64,000 bases of DNA from a virus, in the IMG/VR virus record IMGVR_UViG_3300042090_002597, positions 32,001 to 96,000 of that record. One strand, 5' to 3'. This document shows, one piece after another, positions 8,780 through 17,109 of this stretch. The notes beneath the pieces are model-generated. The model saw only the letters and a list, made by a program, of their open reading frames with translations, did no database searches and had not been told where the DNA came from. The position numbers and the translations under genes were made by a program. The stretch's first letter is position 1. Each line of letters begins with the position of its first letter.

Positions 8780-8847
8780 TTATGTGTTGGCGCTGCAAAT
8801 TCAGGAAAAAATTAAATAAAATTTGAATTATTTTTGCCCGATTAGCC

Positions 8848-8875
8848 TTGACAAACTGCACCATGACAGTATATA
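8848..8875 (+). promoter_or_regulatory. Early promoter 2
   Basis: TTGACA-8-CATGAC-AG-TATATA. Confidence 0.75.
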
Positions 8876-8900
8876 ACTAGCACATTGAAAAACAAGAGGA

Positions 8901-9167
8901 ATGCAACACATGACAGACTTCGACAAAGCTATGGCCGCACTCAACTGCGCCGCCGCGCTACATCGCGTCAGCCTGAGACGTCACCGCCTGGATTCAGGCG
9001 GATATGACTCTTCGGATTGTTACTATGGAAACGATGAGCCGCGTTCGCGACTATGGTCCGCGCAAGCCGAGGATGGCAGTTATTCGGATATCATCCGCGC
9101 CAGCTCGCGCGATGATGCGAAAGCACAAGTGCGCAAAGCTTATCCGGCCGCAACGTTTTACCGATAA
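8901..9167 (+). CDS. Early hypothetical protein
   Basis: GAGGA RBS; RLDSGGYD motif. Confidence 0.75.
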   Translation: MQHMTDFDKAMAALNCAAALHRVSLRRHRLDSGGYDSSDCYYGNDEPRSRLWSAQAEDGSYSDIIRASSRDDAKAQVRKAYPAATFYR

Positions 9168-9179
9168 GGAGCGCAAACC

Positions 9180-9506
9180 ATGCCCGCACTGTTCAACGTG
9201 ACTTATGAAATTGTCACTCCGGAATCCGCCGCCGATGGTGACGCGGACGAACGCGGATTCGTAGCCGAGAATATCCCGCTTAGGGAAGCACTGCAGGAAT
9301 TGCATGCAACCCGTACAAGTCATGTGAGCGGGGTGGAATACATCGAGTGCGACTCCTGGTCATGCAAGTCGCCGCGCTGGATTACTGTGCTAAATGATCC
9401 GGAATATCTGACAGGTGCGCAAGAGTCGCGCTCGCTTCACATCCCCGACGGAGTCAGCTGCGCCAGTCGCCGGCGAATTGCCAAGCTTGCAGGCGTACGC
9501 TTTTAG
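9180..9506 (+). CDS. Early hypothetical protein
   Basis: TAAGGAG RBS; VTYEIVTPESAADGD motif. Confidence 0.8.
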   Translation: MPALFNVTYEIVTPESAADGDADERGFVAENIPLREALQELHATRTSHVSGVEYIECDSWSCKSPRWITVLNDPEYLTGAQESRSLHIPDGVSCASRRRIAKLAGVRF

Positions 9507-9508
9507 AC

Positions 9509-9538
9509 TTGACAACGCTATATCATGCCGCGCATTGT
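9509..9538 (+). promoter_or_regulatory. Early promoter 3
   Basis: TTGACA-9-CATGCC directly after a TAG stop. Confidence 0.55.
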
Positions 9539-9574
9539 GCGCGGGTTGAAATAACCAAACCGGAATTAAAGACA

Positions 9575-10039
9575 ATGGTCTATGTGCAAACCGAATCGGG
9601 CCCGATCATCGCAACCGAGAATCCTGAATTCTGGCCGGAGGCAAAGCGCTTGACCGCCAAGGCCGGCCGCAACGCATTGCGCGAGCAATCGCTCGCCGCG
9701 CTGCATAAAGTGCCGCAGCCCGGAGATACCGTGCATACCATCCTGCGTCATGTTAGCCACTCCGGCATGCGTCGCCGGATTGACTTCTACGCCATCAAAA
9801 ACGGCGAAATGGTATGTCTATCCGGCCACGTCGCCAATGTTCTTGACAGCGTATCCCGTGGCTCCGGTCCACGCTCCGAGGGTCTTATCGTCGATGGTTG
9901 CGGGCAGGATATGGGTTATTCCGTTGTCTATGCCCTTGGATACGCAATGTAGCCCAAGGGCACACCGGAGCCGCACAGCGTGCGCAACGGCGAGCCCGAC
10001 TCGGATGGCGGGTACGCTCTCAAACATAAGTGGATATGA
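9575..10039 (+). pseudogene. Early gene interrupted by in-frame TAG (9950-9952)
   Basis: ...GCGQDMGYSVVYALGYAM*PKGTPEPHSVRNGEPDSDGGYALKHKWI: frame continues to TGA 10039, 4 nt before next ATG. Confidence 0.65.
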
Positions 10040-10043
10040 AACA

Positions 10044-10226
10044 ATGGCGCGCATTGTCGAATGCTCGGCCGTCGGACGACTCGTCGTCCGGCACCGCTGC
10101 TCCGAACGGTTGACGGATAATGAGGTAATAGAGCGTTTCGGCATATCCGCTCGTTTCACCGTTGTCGCATATCCCGAAGGCCGCCCGGACTTGTCCGAAA
10201 CAATCCAAACGGAGCGCAGCCCATGA
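10044..10226 (+). CDS. Hypothetical protein
   Basis: Fills the operon gap; ATGA overlap with next gene. Confidence 0.55.
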   Translation: MARIVECSAVGRLVVRHRCSERLTDNEVIERFGISARFTVVAYPEGRPDLSETIQTERSP

Positions 10227-10564
10227 CCCCGCATCAAATCACAAGCGCGCATCGCATGCGGCTCAAGGGCCGCTCCGACTCGGATATCGCCGCACACCTG
10301 GGGGTTACGCGGCAGCGCATACACCAGTTGCTGGGCAAGCATCCACCTCGCCCTGCCAAGGTGAAGCCGCCGCGCGAAACCGTGGCGCCCTCCGACTTCG
10401 CCGCTGCTCTGCGTGGCTGGCGCACCGCCCGCGGGCTGTCTCAGTCGCAAGCCGCCCGGTTGCTTTGCGTCACCACGCACACCGTCGCATCGTGGGAGCA
10501 GGGTGTGAACGGCTGCAGCCTGGCCGGTGCAATACTCAAATTGATGGACCTCATACCGGAATAG
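10223..10564 (+). CDS. Double-HTH regulator (sigma-r4-like HTH + XRE HTH)
   Basis: DIAAHLGVTRQRIHQLL and RGLSQSQAARLLCVTTHTVASWEQG. Confidence 0.85.
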   Translation: MTPHQITSAHRMRLKGRSDSDIAAHLGVTRQRIHQLLGKHPPRPAKVKPPRETVAPSDFAAALRGWRTARGLSQSQAARLLCVTTHTVASWEQGVNGCSLAGAILKLMDLIPE

Positions 10565-10566
10565 AC

Positions 10567-10595
10567 TTGACAAACTAGGATCATGACACTATACA
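10567..10595 (+). promoter_or_regulatory. Early promoter 4
   Basis: TTGACA-9-CATGAC-AC-TATACA. Confidence 0.75.
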
Positions 10596-10632
10596 GTGCA
10601 TGTCTTTAACCGCTAACAGGAAAGCAAAACAC

Positions 10633-11040
10633 ATGAGCCAATTCACCGCCGCTAGCCTCGCCGCCCCGGTCGCCCCCGGCTTGCTGAAGCTGGACCCGCG
10701 CGCTTGGGGCGACAAGATCCGCAAGTTCGCCATTCTCGCCGCCGAAAAGCGCCGTCTCGACGCCGAAGCGCGCGCGGCCGATGGTGTATTCAAGACCGCC
10801 CGGGACGAACTGCTGGGCCAGCTGGGCGACGCCCCGGCCGCGCTCTGCGGAGAGATGGTGCTCACCCGCAAAGCTACCAAGCCCGCACCCGCTTCGCTCA
10901 CTTTGGCCAGTGGTCAGGTTGTGCCCTGGTCAACCGTCTCCGGGCTCACCATCGGCAACGCCTATGTGGCGTCAAGCGAGGTGATGAAGATTTACGGCGG
11001 GCGCGACGGCTCGGTTTCTGTGGAAATCGCCGGCGCCTGA
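10633..11040 (+). CDS. Hypothetical protein
   Basis: AGGA RBS; strongly GC3-biased codons. Confidence 0.75.
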   Translation: MSQFTAASLAAPVAPGLLKLDPRAWGDKIRKFAILAAEKRRLDAEARAADGVFKTARDELLGQLGDAPAALCGEMVLTRKATKPAPASLTLASGQVVPWSTVSGLTIGNAYVASSEVMKIYGGRDGSVSVEIAGA

Positions 11041-11085
11041 AAACTCAATAGCGGCTCGGGGAAACCCGGCCGCATCCTTTCCGGA

Positions 11086-11298
11086 GTGCAGACAATGGAA
11101 ACCGTCGGATTATTCACCATTCGGGATGACGGAATGTATAGCGATTCATGCCCGCTCACGCTTTACGATCAATCGGGCACCGCTGTCGCCGCTATTCCCG
11201 GCCAGACCCCTCAGTGGGACGTCGACGACGATACCGACCCGCAGACATGGGCGCTCGCGCGACACATCGCCCGCCTGCTTTCGGCCAATCCGCTATGA
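11086..11298 (+). CDS. Hypothetical protein
   Basis: GGAG RBS. Confidence 0.6.
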   Translation: MQTMETVGLFTIRDDGMYSDSCPLTLYDQSGTAVAAIPGQTPQWDVDDDTDPQTWALARHIARLLSANPL

Positions 11299-11624
11299 CC
11301 CGGCACACCGTCGAAATCACATACTGCGCCGGCACAGTCCGCTTCACCCCTGCGGAACGTGCCGCCTTGCTCGGGCTGCTGGTCTCCACACTCCGGCAGC
11401 CGGATGGGTGTGGCGTCAATCTCGCCCCGCTGCAGTCCGCGTATGGTCGGATCCTGGGCGGGGACTACATGACCACCGCCGAAAGCATGGAACGCCTGCC
11501 CGAAGGCTGGGGCCTGTCGCCGGGTACTGCTCGACCGATCAACCAAACCGCGTACGATCTCGCAACCCTGGCCGCTCTCCGCGCTCGCGGGAAGGCCGTA
11601 ACCGGAAAGCACACCGCACCATGA
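11295..11624 (+). CDS. Hypothetical protein
   Basis: ATGA overlaps at both ends. Confidence 0.6.
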   Translation: MTRHTVEITYCAGTVRFTPAERAALLGLLVSTLRQPDGCGVNLAPLQSAYGRILGGDYMTTAESMERLPEGWGLSPGTARPINQTAYDLATLAALRARGKAVTGKHTAP

Positions 11625-11821
11625 AAACCAAGATCACCGCCGCCGGTCACCGCGTCACCATTACCCGCGCCCCGGATGGCCTGTGGCGTTGGGAAAGCGA
11701 CAGGCCGCACCGCCTGTGCGCTGGCCTGGCCAGCCTGACGGACGCAATCGAAGGCGCGCAACGCATGCTCGGCCGGGATGTCACCATCTGTCACTCGCCC
11801 GAAGCGGGCGCTGTGCCGTGA
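11621..11821 (+). CDS. Hypothetical protein
   Basis: ATGA/GTGA overlaps. Confidence 0.6.
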   Translation: MKTKITAAGHRVTITRAPDGLWRWESDRPHRLCAGLASLTDAIEGAQRMLGRDVTICHSPEAGAVP

Positions 11822-12099
11822 AAATAAAACTCTCCCGCAGCAAGGTCGACCACGCCGCCCTGTACGAGATCGCTATGGATAATGTGCAGGACGCTTGGTC
11901 TGCTTTTGCCTTGCTGCGGGAGACACTCGAAACCCTGTGCCCGGTTGGTGCGATGCGGTCAGGCGAACATGTCGCATGCCACGTCGCACCGACATTTCAC
12001 GCCGAGGCCATGGAGTTGATCGCCGGAATTCAGGCGCTCGCCGGCAATGCAAGTGCTCCGGTCTCTACTTCCTCCTCACCTTCATCCGCAAAGGCCTGA
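11818..12099 (+). CDS. Hypothetical protein
   Basis: GTGA overlap. Confidence 0.55.
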   Translation: MKIKLSRSKVDHAALYEIAMDNVQDAWSAFALLRETLETLCPVGAMRSGEHVACHVAPTFHAEAMELIAGIQALAGNASAPVSTSSSPSSAKA

Positions 12100-12497
12100 G
12101 CCTCCGCCATGTTCCGTACACGCTCCGGCCATTCTCTGTACGGAATATTGGCTCGTACAAGCCGATCCATCTCCCCGTACAGTTCCGCTGCTGCTTTCGC
12201 TGCATTGATTTCATCGCCTACAGTGGCGCCGATCGTCCCCGGCGCCTCCGGGTTGATGGTCTCCCCCGTATGCGCCCAGTCCCGCGGCTTGCCCCGCGCC
12301 CAGGTCACGATCCGGTCGGCGCATTCAAGCCGCACCGCCAGCGGCACATCATCCGCGTAAATGCAGCTGTTGACAAATTTCACCGCCTCTTCTTCAAAGC
12401 GTTGCGCCGTGAACTGGACCATGTTCACATGCGGCATCGCATTGAGGGCCTGAAACTTGACCCGCAGCCGCTCCACCATCTCCTTGGGGGTCAACAT
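12030..12497 (-). CDS. Putative terminase small subunit-like protein
   Basis: DDVPLAVRLECADRIVTWARGKP resembles the helical RxxAxxxIxxxxxGKP segment of many TerS; AAGGA RBS. Confidence 0.5.
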   Translation of the reverse strand: MLTPKEMVERLRVKFQALNAMPHVNMVQFTAQRFEEEAVKFVNSCIYADDVPLAVRLECADRIVTWARGKPRDWAHTGETINPEAPGTIGATVGDEINAAKAAAELYGEMDRLVRANIPYREWPERVRNMAEAQAFADEGEEEVETGALALPASA

Positions 12498-12545
12498 GAC
12501 ATCCTTGCTTGACCGCCGTCCCATCTCTCTGCCTCGTCTACCTAG

Positions 12546-12842
12546 TTGAAAACAAACACACTTGAACTCGCCGCGAAGCTGTTGCAGGACGATCCGTGCC
12601 TGAGCGTCAAGCATGCTGCCACATATCTGGACGTGTCTCCTGTGGCGCTCGACCATTGGCGCAGCCGCGGAATAGGCCCGCCTTACGTGCGCCTGCACAC
12701 CGGCGGCATCCGCTACCGGCTGTCCGATCTGAATGCTTTCCTGATCGCTCGCGCTGTCCAGACCACCCGCATCCCCGCGCCTACCGCCGGCGGACCGCTG
12801 ACCCCGCGCATGAAACGCGATCTTGCCCTGACCCGGGACTAA
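12546..12842 (+). CDS. Excisionase/AlpA-like HTH DNA-binding protein
   Basis: LSVKHAATYLDVSPVALDHWRSRGIGPPYVRL...IRYRLSDL. Confidence 0.85.
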   Translation: MKTNTLELAAKLLQDDPCLSVKHAATYLDVSPVALDHWRSRGIGPPYVRLHTGGIRYRLSDLNAFLIARAVQTTRIPAPTAGGPLTPRMKRDLALTRD

Positions 12843-13699
12843 CTCGGCTTGTTCGGGGCCGTGTTGAACGCCGGGTGCCCGTGCGTCTGCAGCCCCACCG
12901 CGGACCCGGTTCCGTATTTCGAGATCACATCGCCGGCGACATGCAGATCGCCCGTGCTCGCCCCGGCGCCCGCCGTCAGGTTTCCGGTAATCACCAGGTC
13001 CCCCATAACCGTCACCGGATGGCCGCTCGGGGCAATGGTGACCGACCCATCCGCATTCAGCGTCAACGAGGCGCCTGACGCCACCTGAATGCTCGCCGAC
13101 TGTCCAGCTGCCGCGGTCGCCGAAACCGCCCCAGCCGCGTTCGCTGACAGGCTGGCGCCGTTATTCAGGCTGATCGACACCCCGTAGGCCTTCGCGCTGC
13201 CCGTGGGGTTGCGCTGGGCCGCCGTAAAGGGCGTCCTGACCCGCGCCCCCTGGGCATTGACCGTATGCCGCGTGGGGGCTGGCATGACCGCCCCTGACGG
13301 GGCAACCATGATCGAACTTCCATCGGGCAGCCCGGTTGCCATGGTCCCGTCCGGGCCGGTCCAGTGCCAGAGCCCGGCGTACTCCGCCGTATAGCGCGCA
13401 TTGCCCGAACTCGGAGAGAGTGCCGAACTATCCGGCAGCGCCGGCGATTGCGCCCCGATCCACCGCCCCGTCCGATCATCCCCCCGGGTGAACGCGACCA
13501 GGCCCCTCGTTCCCGGCGTCGGAAGCGGGGGGTAGGTGCCGCGCACTGCATCTCTCGGCCCGTGGGTCAAAACGTCCACGGGTACGAAGGGAACTTGACC
13601 GCCGAAGGCGTCAATCGAGACCCAGACCCGATATCCGTCGGGGTCCTGCTGCACCACGGTCGCATCGACCAGCGGGGGAAGGTTTCGGCTCATGGCCAC
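12839..13699 (-). CDS. Baseplate central spike (gpV-like)
   Basis: OB-fold-like N-terminus (LPTPGTRGLVAF), beta-helix-like repeats, C-terminal LQTHGH (HxH apex). Confidence 0.8.
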   Translation of the reverse strand: MAMSRNLPPLVDATVVQQDPDGYRVWVSIDAFGGQVPFVPVDVLTHGPRDAVRGTYPPLPTPGTRGLVAFTRGDDRTGRWIGAQSPALPDSSALSPSSGNARYTAEYAGLWHWTGPDGTMATGLPDGSSIMVAPSGAVMPAPTRHTVNAQGARVRTPFTAAQRNPTGSAKAYGVSISLNNGASLSANAAGAVSATAAAGQSASIQVASGASLTLNADGSVTIAPSGHPVTVMGDLVITGNLTAGAGASTGDLHVAGDVISKYGTGSAVGLQTHGHPAFNTAPNKPS

Positions 13700-13816
13700 A
13701 CCCTAGCCGCTCCGGAGCGAAGCGTGGATGGCGGAAACGGAGAACTATTATAGTATCTTTATACCTTTTGGTATGATTGATGGTTTGGATAGAAACCCAC
13801 TCCCTGCCCTATATAA

Positions 13817-13874
13817 TGTCAATGTGTATATGTAATAATTACAAATAAATATACATTACATATACACATTGACA
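13817..13874. promoter_or_regulatory. 20-bp perfect inverted repeat at divergence point
   Basis: TGTCAATGTGTATATGTAAT-18-ATTACATATACACATTGACA, with outward-facing TTGACA. Confidence 0.8.
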
Positions 13875-13934
13875 GTTTCCCCTTATTGTTTACAGACCAA
13901 TCCAAGATATCGATCATACCAAAATACATAAAGA

Positions 13935-14567
13935 TTGACTAAGATTCTCCGACCTGCTACAGTCTTACTTAACGTATTGATTGATAAGGATTTGTCTGTG
14001 ATACTGACAAAAAGCGATCTCCCGCCTCCGGTGTCGAGCAGGATGAAAGCACTCATGTACCCATTTAAGTACATGAATGTAGGCGACAGCTTTTTTGTTG
14101 CTGCGATTACACCGAAATTGCGCCGGCGCGTGTCCACAGCTGCCGGAATTTACAAAATGAAGCATCCGGGCTGGAACTACACTTGTCGTGTCGATACAGA
14201 AAATGGTGAGGAAGGCATCCGCGTATGGTGCTTGTCTCTTCAGAGAATTCCCGTCGCGTGGCGCATCACCGCTGAGTATGAAGCGGATCCGGCCAATGAT
14301 TATCCCGGCGGGTGGGACGACTGGAAAAGTGAGGTAACGCTCAAGAGCCCGGATGAGGTATTGGCTGATTTCAAGACGCTATGTCAGCCGCGACCGAATC
14401 GGTTCCGTCTATACATCAGCGATGTCTGTGTGGCTGAAACGGATGGCAAGGGTAAAGTGACTGTCTACGCCCCCACCCTCCCATCCAATGCCAAACAACC
14501 TGAACAACGTCCGCTTACCATCCTGGCCAAGCCAGCCAGTCCGTCCAATCAAGGCCGTACGTCATGA
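13935..14567 (+). CDS. Hypothetical protein, possibly DNA-binding
   Basis: YPFKYMNVGDSFFV...GIRVW domain typical of small phage proteins. Confidence 0.65.
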   Translation: MTKILRPATVLLNVLIDKDLSVILTKSDLPPPVSSRMKALMYPFKYMNVGDSFFVAAITPKLRRRVSTAAGIYKMKHPGWNYTCRVDTENGEEGIRVWCLSLQRIPVAWRITAEYEADPANDYPGGWDDWKSEVTLKSPDEVLADFKTLCQPRPNRFRLYISDVCVAETDGKGKVTVYAPTLPSNAKQPEQRPLTILAKPASPSNQGRTS

Positions 14568-14890
14568 GCCGCGCTCCTGTTCCCGTGCCGCCAGCCAGGT
14601 TTTACGTGTTCCGTGTACGCACTGCGCGAGAATTAAAGGAGACGTGGTCCGATCAGTACCCCCCGATTGTGATGCCGCAGGACCGCAATCTGTGGGCTGT
14701 CGAAATGCGGACCGAGAAAGGGACCGCGCGTTTCGGCGAACCTTCGACACGCGCAACGGCGGGCTGGCATCTCAAATATATCCATCAATGTGCTGGTCTG
14801 ACCCACTCCATGCCGGATGAATTATTGCAAGATCGTGCACGGGAATGGTGGGCGCAACAGCGCGATTACGTTTGCGAGACCGCGCCATGA
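14564..14890 (+). CDS. Hypothetical protein
   Basis: ATGA overlap. Confidence 0.6.
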   Translation: MSRAPVPVPPARFYVFRVRTARELKETWSDQYPPIVMPQDRNLWAVEMRTEKGTARFGEPSTRATAGWHLKYIHQCAGLTHSMPDELLQDRAREWWAQQRDYVCETAP

Positions 14891-15240
14891 GATACCACCA
14901 GAATACCGAAGGCGCCGGTCTGTCTGGCCGTTTCACCGCGCCCAAGCCTGTGACGCGGACTGACGCGCTGGTCGCCACAGCCAATCTTGATCCGCACCGC
15001 CGCCCGCGGTCCACCAGGGACTGGCATACCGCCCGCACCCCCGCGGAGCCCCGCTGCGGTGCCGACCAGTGGCGCACCCGCGACCGCCAAGTCATCGTCT
15101 ACATGCGCGAGATGACCCCGTCCCACCTGCGCCACTGCATCCGCTTCGCCTCGACCAAGCCGCAGCACGCAAGCCGCCTGGCCTCTCTGCTGGATGAACA
15201 ACTCCGCCGCACCACCAGCCGGCCCGCGGCCCCACCGTGA
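14887..15240 (+). CDS. Hypothetical protein
   Basis: ATGA overlap; WRTRD..MREMTPSHLRHCI. Confidence 0.65.
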   Translation: MRYHQNTEGAGLSGRFTAPKPVTRTDALVATANLDPHRRPRSTRDWHTARTPAEPRCGADQWRTRDRQVIVYMREMTPSHLRHCIRFASTKPQHASRLASLLDEQLRRTTSRPAAPP

Positions 15241-15370
15241 CCCCACGGGCGGCACTGGCTTTCCTGGCCGCTCTCGCCGCCGCCTACACCGCGATCGCCG
15301 TGCTTGCCTTCCTTGCGTTCCGCAATGCTCCGAAACACCGAACTCAAACCTGGAAAAGCAGAAAACCACC

Positions 15371-15661
15371 ATGAGCCCGACCCAGAACACCACCTTGCTC
15401 GTCTACCGGCTTGCCCCTCAGTCTGCGCTATGGATGTGGAGCCTCCAGAATCCGGATCACACCGCGGCGGCGCATTCGCTGACCCACGGCGCCAAGCCAT
15501 GGTTCACCGGCCGCATCGAAGCCCTCGATGATGCGCGCAGGGTCCGCGAAACGCTTCTCGAAAATCATCATATCGCAGCGCTGACCGTAGCGGCGGCGGT
15601 TGAGGTGCTGTTCGGCTACAGCACGGAGATACAGAATTATGTGAAGGAAACTGCGGAATGA
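15371..15661 (+). CDS. Hypothetical protein
   Basis: Operon context. Confidence 0.55.
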   Translation: MSPTQNTTLLVYRLAPQSALWMWSLQNPDHTAAAHSLTHGAKPWFTGRIEALDDARRVRETLLENHHIAALTVAAAVEVLFGYSTEIQNYVKETAE

Positions 15662-15951
15662 ACTATATAATTGCTAGTTCGCAAACAACACCGATGCCGG
15701 TGGATTGTGTCCGTATTCGCTTGCAGACTAATGGTGGAATAGAAATACATCTGAAGTCCAAGGGAAGGTGGCACATTGTAGCGGCGGTACCATTAAATGG
15801 CATACCGGCAAAGGGTTTGGAGTTTGAAGTGTTCGGCACGAAAACATACACGGACGAACACGGGATTACCTGGTCGAATGACGGAAACGGATGGGCCAAA
15901 TGCAAGATTGTTGCGGGTATTACCCGAAAACCTTGGGGGTTTATAAAATAA
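15658..15951 (+). CDS. Hypothetical protein (low GC)
   Basis: AAGGA RBS, ATGA overlap. Confidence 0.6.
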   Translation: MNYIIASSQTTPMPVDCVRIRLQTNGGIEIHLKSKGRWHIVAAVPLNGIPAKGLEFEVFGTKTYTDEHGITWSNDGNGWAKCKIVAGITRKPWGFIK

Positions 15952-15997
15952 GCCAGTTTCTTACTCTTAACAGCGATGAAAAGGAAAATGTAACGCC

Positions 15998-16300
15998 ATG
16001 AATGACATCCAGACTATCGATCCAAGCCTTCCATGGAAAGTTCGCAAAGCATGGGCGAACGATGACGAGTGCGAGATTTATCCAACCTACAAGGGCAAGC
16101 GTCCTCAGTTCGGGCGATGGTCCGAAATAGCAGTTGTGAAAGGCAACAGCGCTAAAGAGGCGCGCAAGCGAGCACGATTGATGGCAGCAGCGCCTGATCT
16201 TTTGAACGCACTGAAAGGTGTCTTGCGCGTCGCTGATCGACAGACGGTAGAATTTGACGCGGCACGCGCCGCAATCGCCAAAGCGGAGAGCAGCAAATGA
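15998..16300 (+). CDS. Hypothetical phage protein
   Basis: ARLMAAAPDLLNALK motif. Confidence 0.75.
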   Translation: MNDIQTIDPSLPWKVRKAWANDDECEIYPTYKGKRPQFGRWSEIAVVKGNSAKEARKRARLMAAAPDLLNALKGVLRVADRQTVEFDAARAAIAKAESSK

Positions 16301-17109
16301 GCGACACTTCTACTCTCAATCCGATCTCCCGGCTCACCCGCGATCTCGCTTCGGCTGCGGCAACGCTGTCCGATGATGAGGCGCGCTTTCTAGTTTCCGC
16401 CTATTACATGATGCAGGAAGATCGGAAGCGCGCGTATAATCAGGAAAGAGCCCTGGAGACCGCGGAGAAACCGCACGCCATTGTCTCGTGGCTGGCGGAG
16501 CAGTCCGAGACGCTGGAGAACCAGATCAAGCGAGCACTGGACAAGTACACCGACTCGCATCCGATGGGTGCGTGGATGCGCGCGACGGTCGGCATCGGTC
16601 CGGTGATCTTCGCCGGTCTGCTAGCACACATAGATATATCCAAATGCCCCACGGTCGGGCATATCTGGTCCTTCGCCGGCATTGCCGGCACCGGGCAGAA
16701 GAAGTGGGTGAAGGGAGAGAAGCGGCCGTTCAACGCCAGTTTGAAGACGCTGTGCTGGAAGGCCGGTCAGAGTTTCATGAAGTTCTCAGGCAATGAGAAT
16801 TGCTACTATGGCCAGGTCTACCGCAAGCGCAAGGAACTGGAGGTGGAGCGCAACGAAGCGGGCTTGTTCGCAGAGCAGGCCGCAGCTGGCACAGCAAGGG
16901 TGAGCAAGAGCACCGAGGCGTACAAGCACTACGCTGCTGGCAAGCTACCTCCTGGTCATATTGATGCGCGGGCGCGGAGGTATGCGGTTAAATTATTTCT
17001 TGCGCACATGCACGGACACTGGCATCAATTGCACTTCGGAACACCGGCGCCGCTGCCGTATCCGGTGGCCCACATGGGCCATGTTCATGTTATTCCGCCA
17101 CCGCATTAG
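16297..17109 (+). CDS. TasA-like RNA-binding protein (IS110/Nop-related fold, no RuvC or HNH domain)
   Basis: Coiled-coil N-terminus (YYMMQEDRKR), then VGIGPVIFAGLLAHIDI...HIWSFAG...FNASLKTLCW...HIDARARRYAVKLFL. Lacks DEDD RuvC and the IS110 catalytic-Ser loop; abuts a 36-nt array. Confidence 0.85.
   Translation: MSDTSTLNPISRLTRDLASAAATLSDDEARFLVSAYYMMQEDRKRAYNQERALETAEKPHAIVSWLAEQSETLENQIKRALDKYTDSHPMGAWMRATVGIGPVIFAGLLAHIDISKCPTVGHIWSFAGIAGTGQKKWVKGEKRPFNASLKTLCWKAGQSFMKFSGNENCYYGQVYRKRKELEVERNEAGLFAEQAAAGTARVSKSTEAYKHYAAGKLPPGHIDARARRYAVKLFLAHMHGHWHQLHFGTPAPLPYPVAHMGHVHVIPPPH

Noticed and set aside
9950-9952. Genome-wide amber recoding
   Set aside because: Many intact genes end in TAG and no suppressor tRNA is seen; single case only
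12546-12842. Prophage integration module
   Set aside because: Xis-like HTH only; no integrase, att site or host flank in the window, so lifestyle is undetermined
16297-17109. IS110 transposase or insertion sequence
   Set aside because: No N-terminal DEDD RuvC domain or catalytic-Ser loop, and it is translationally coupled inside a phage operon
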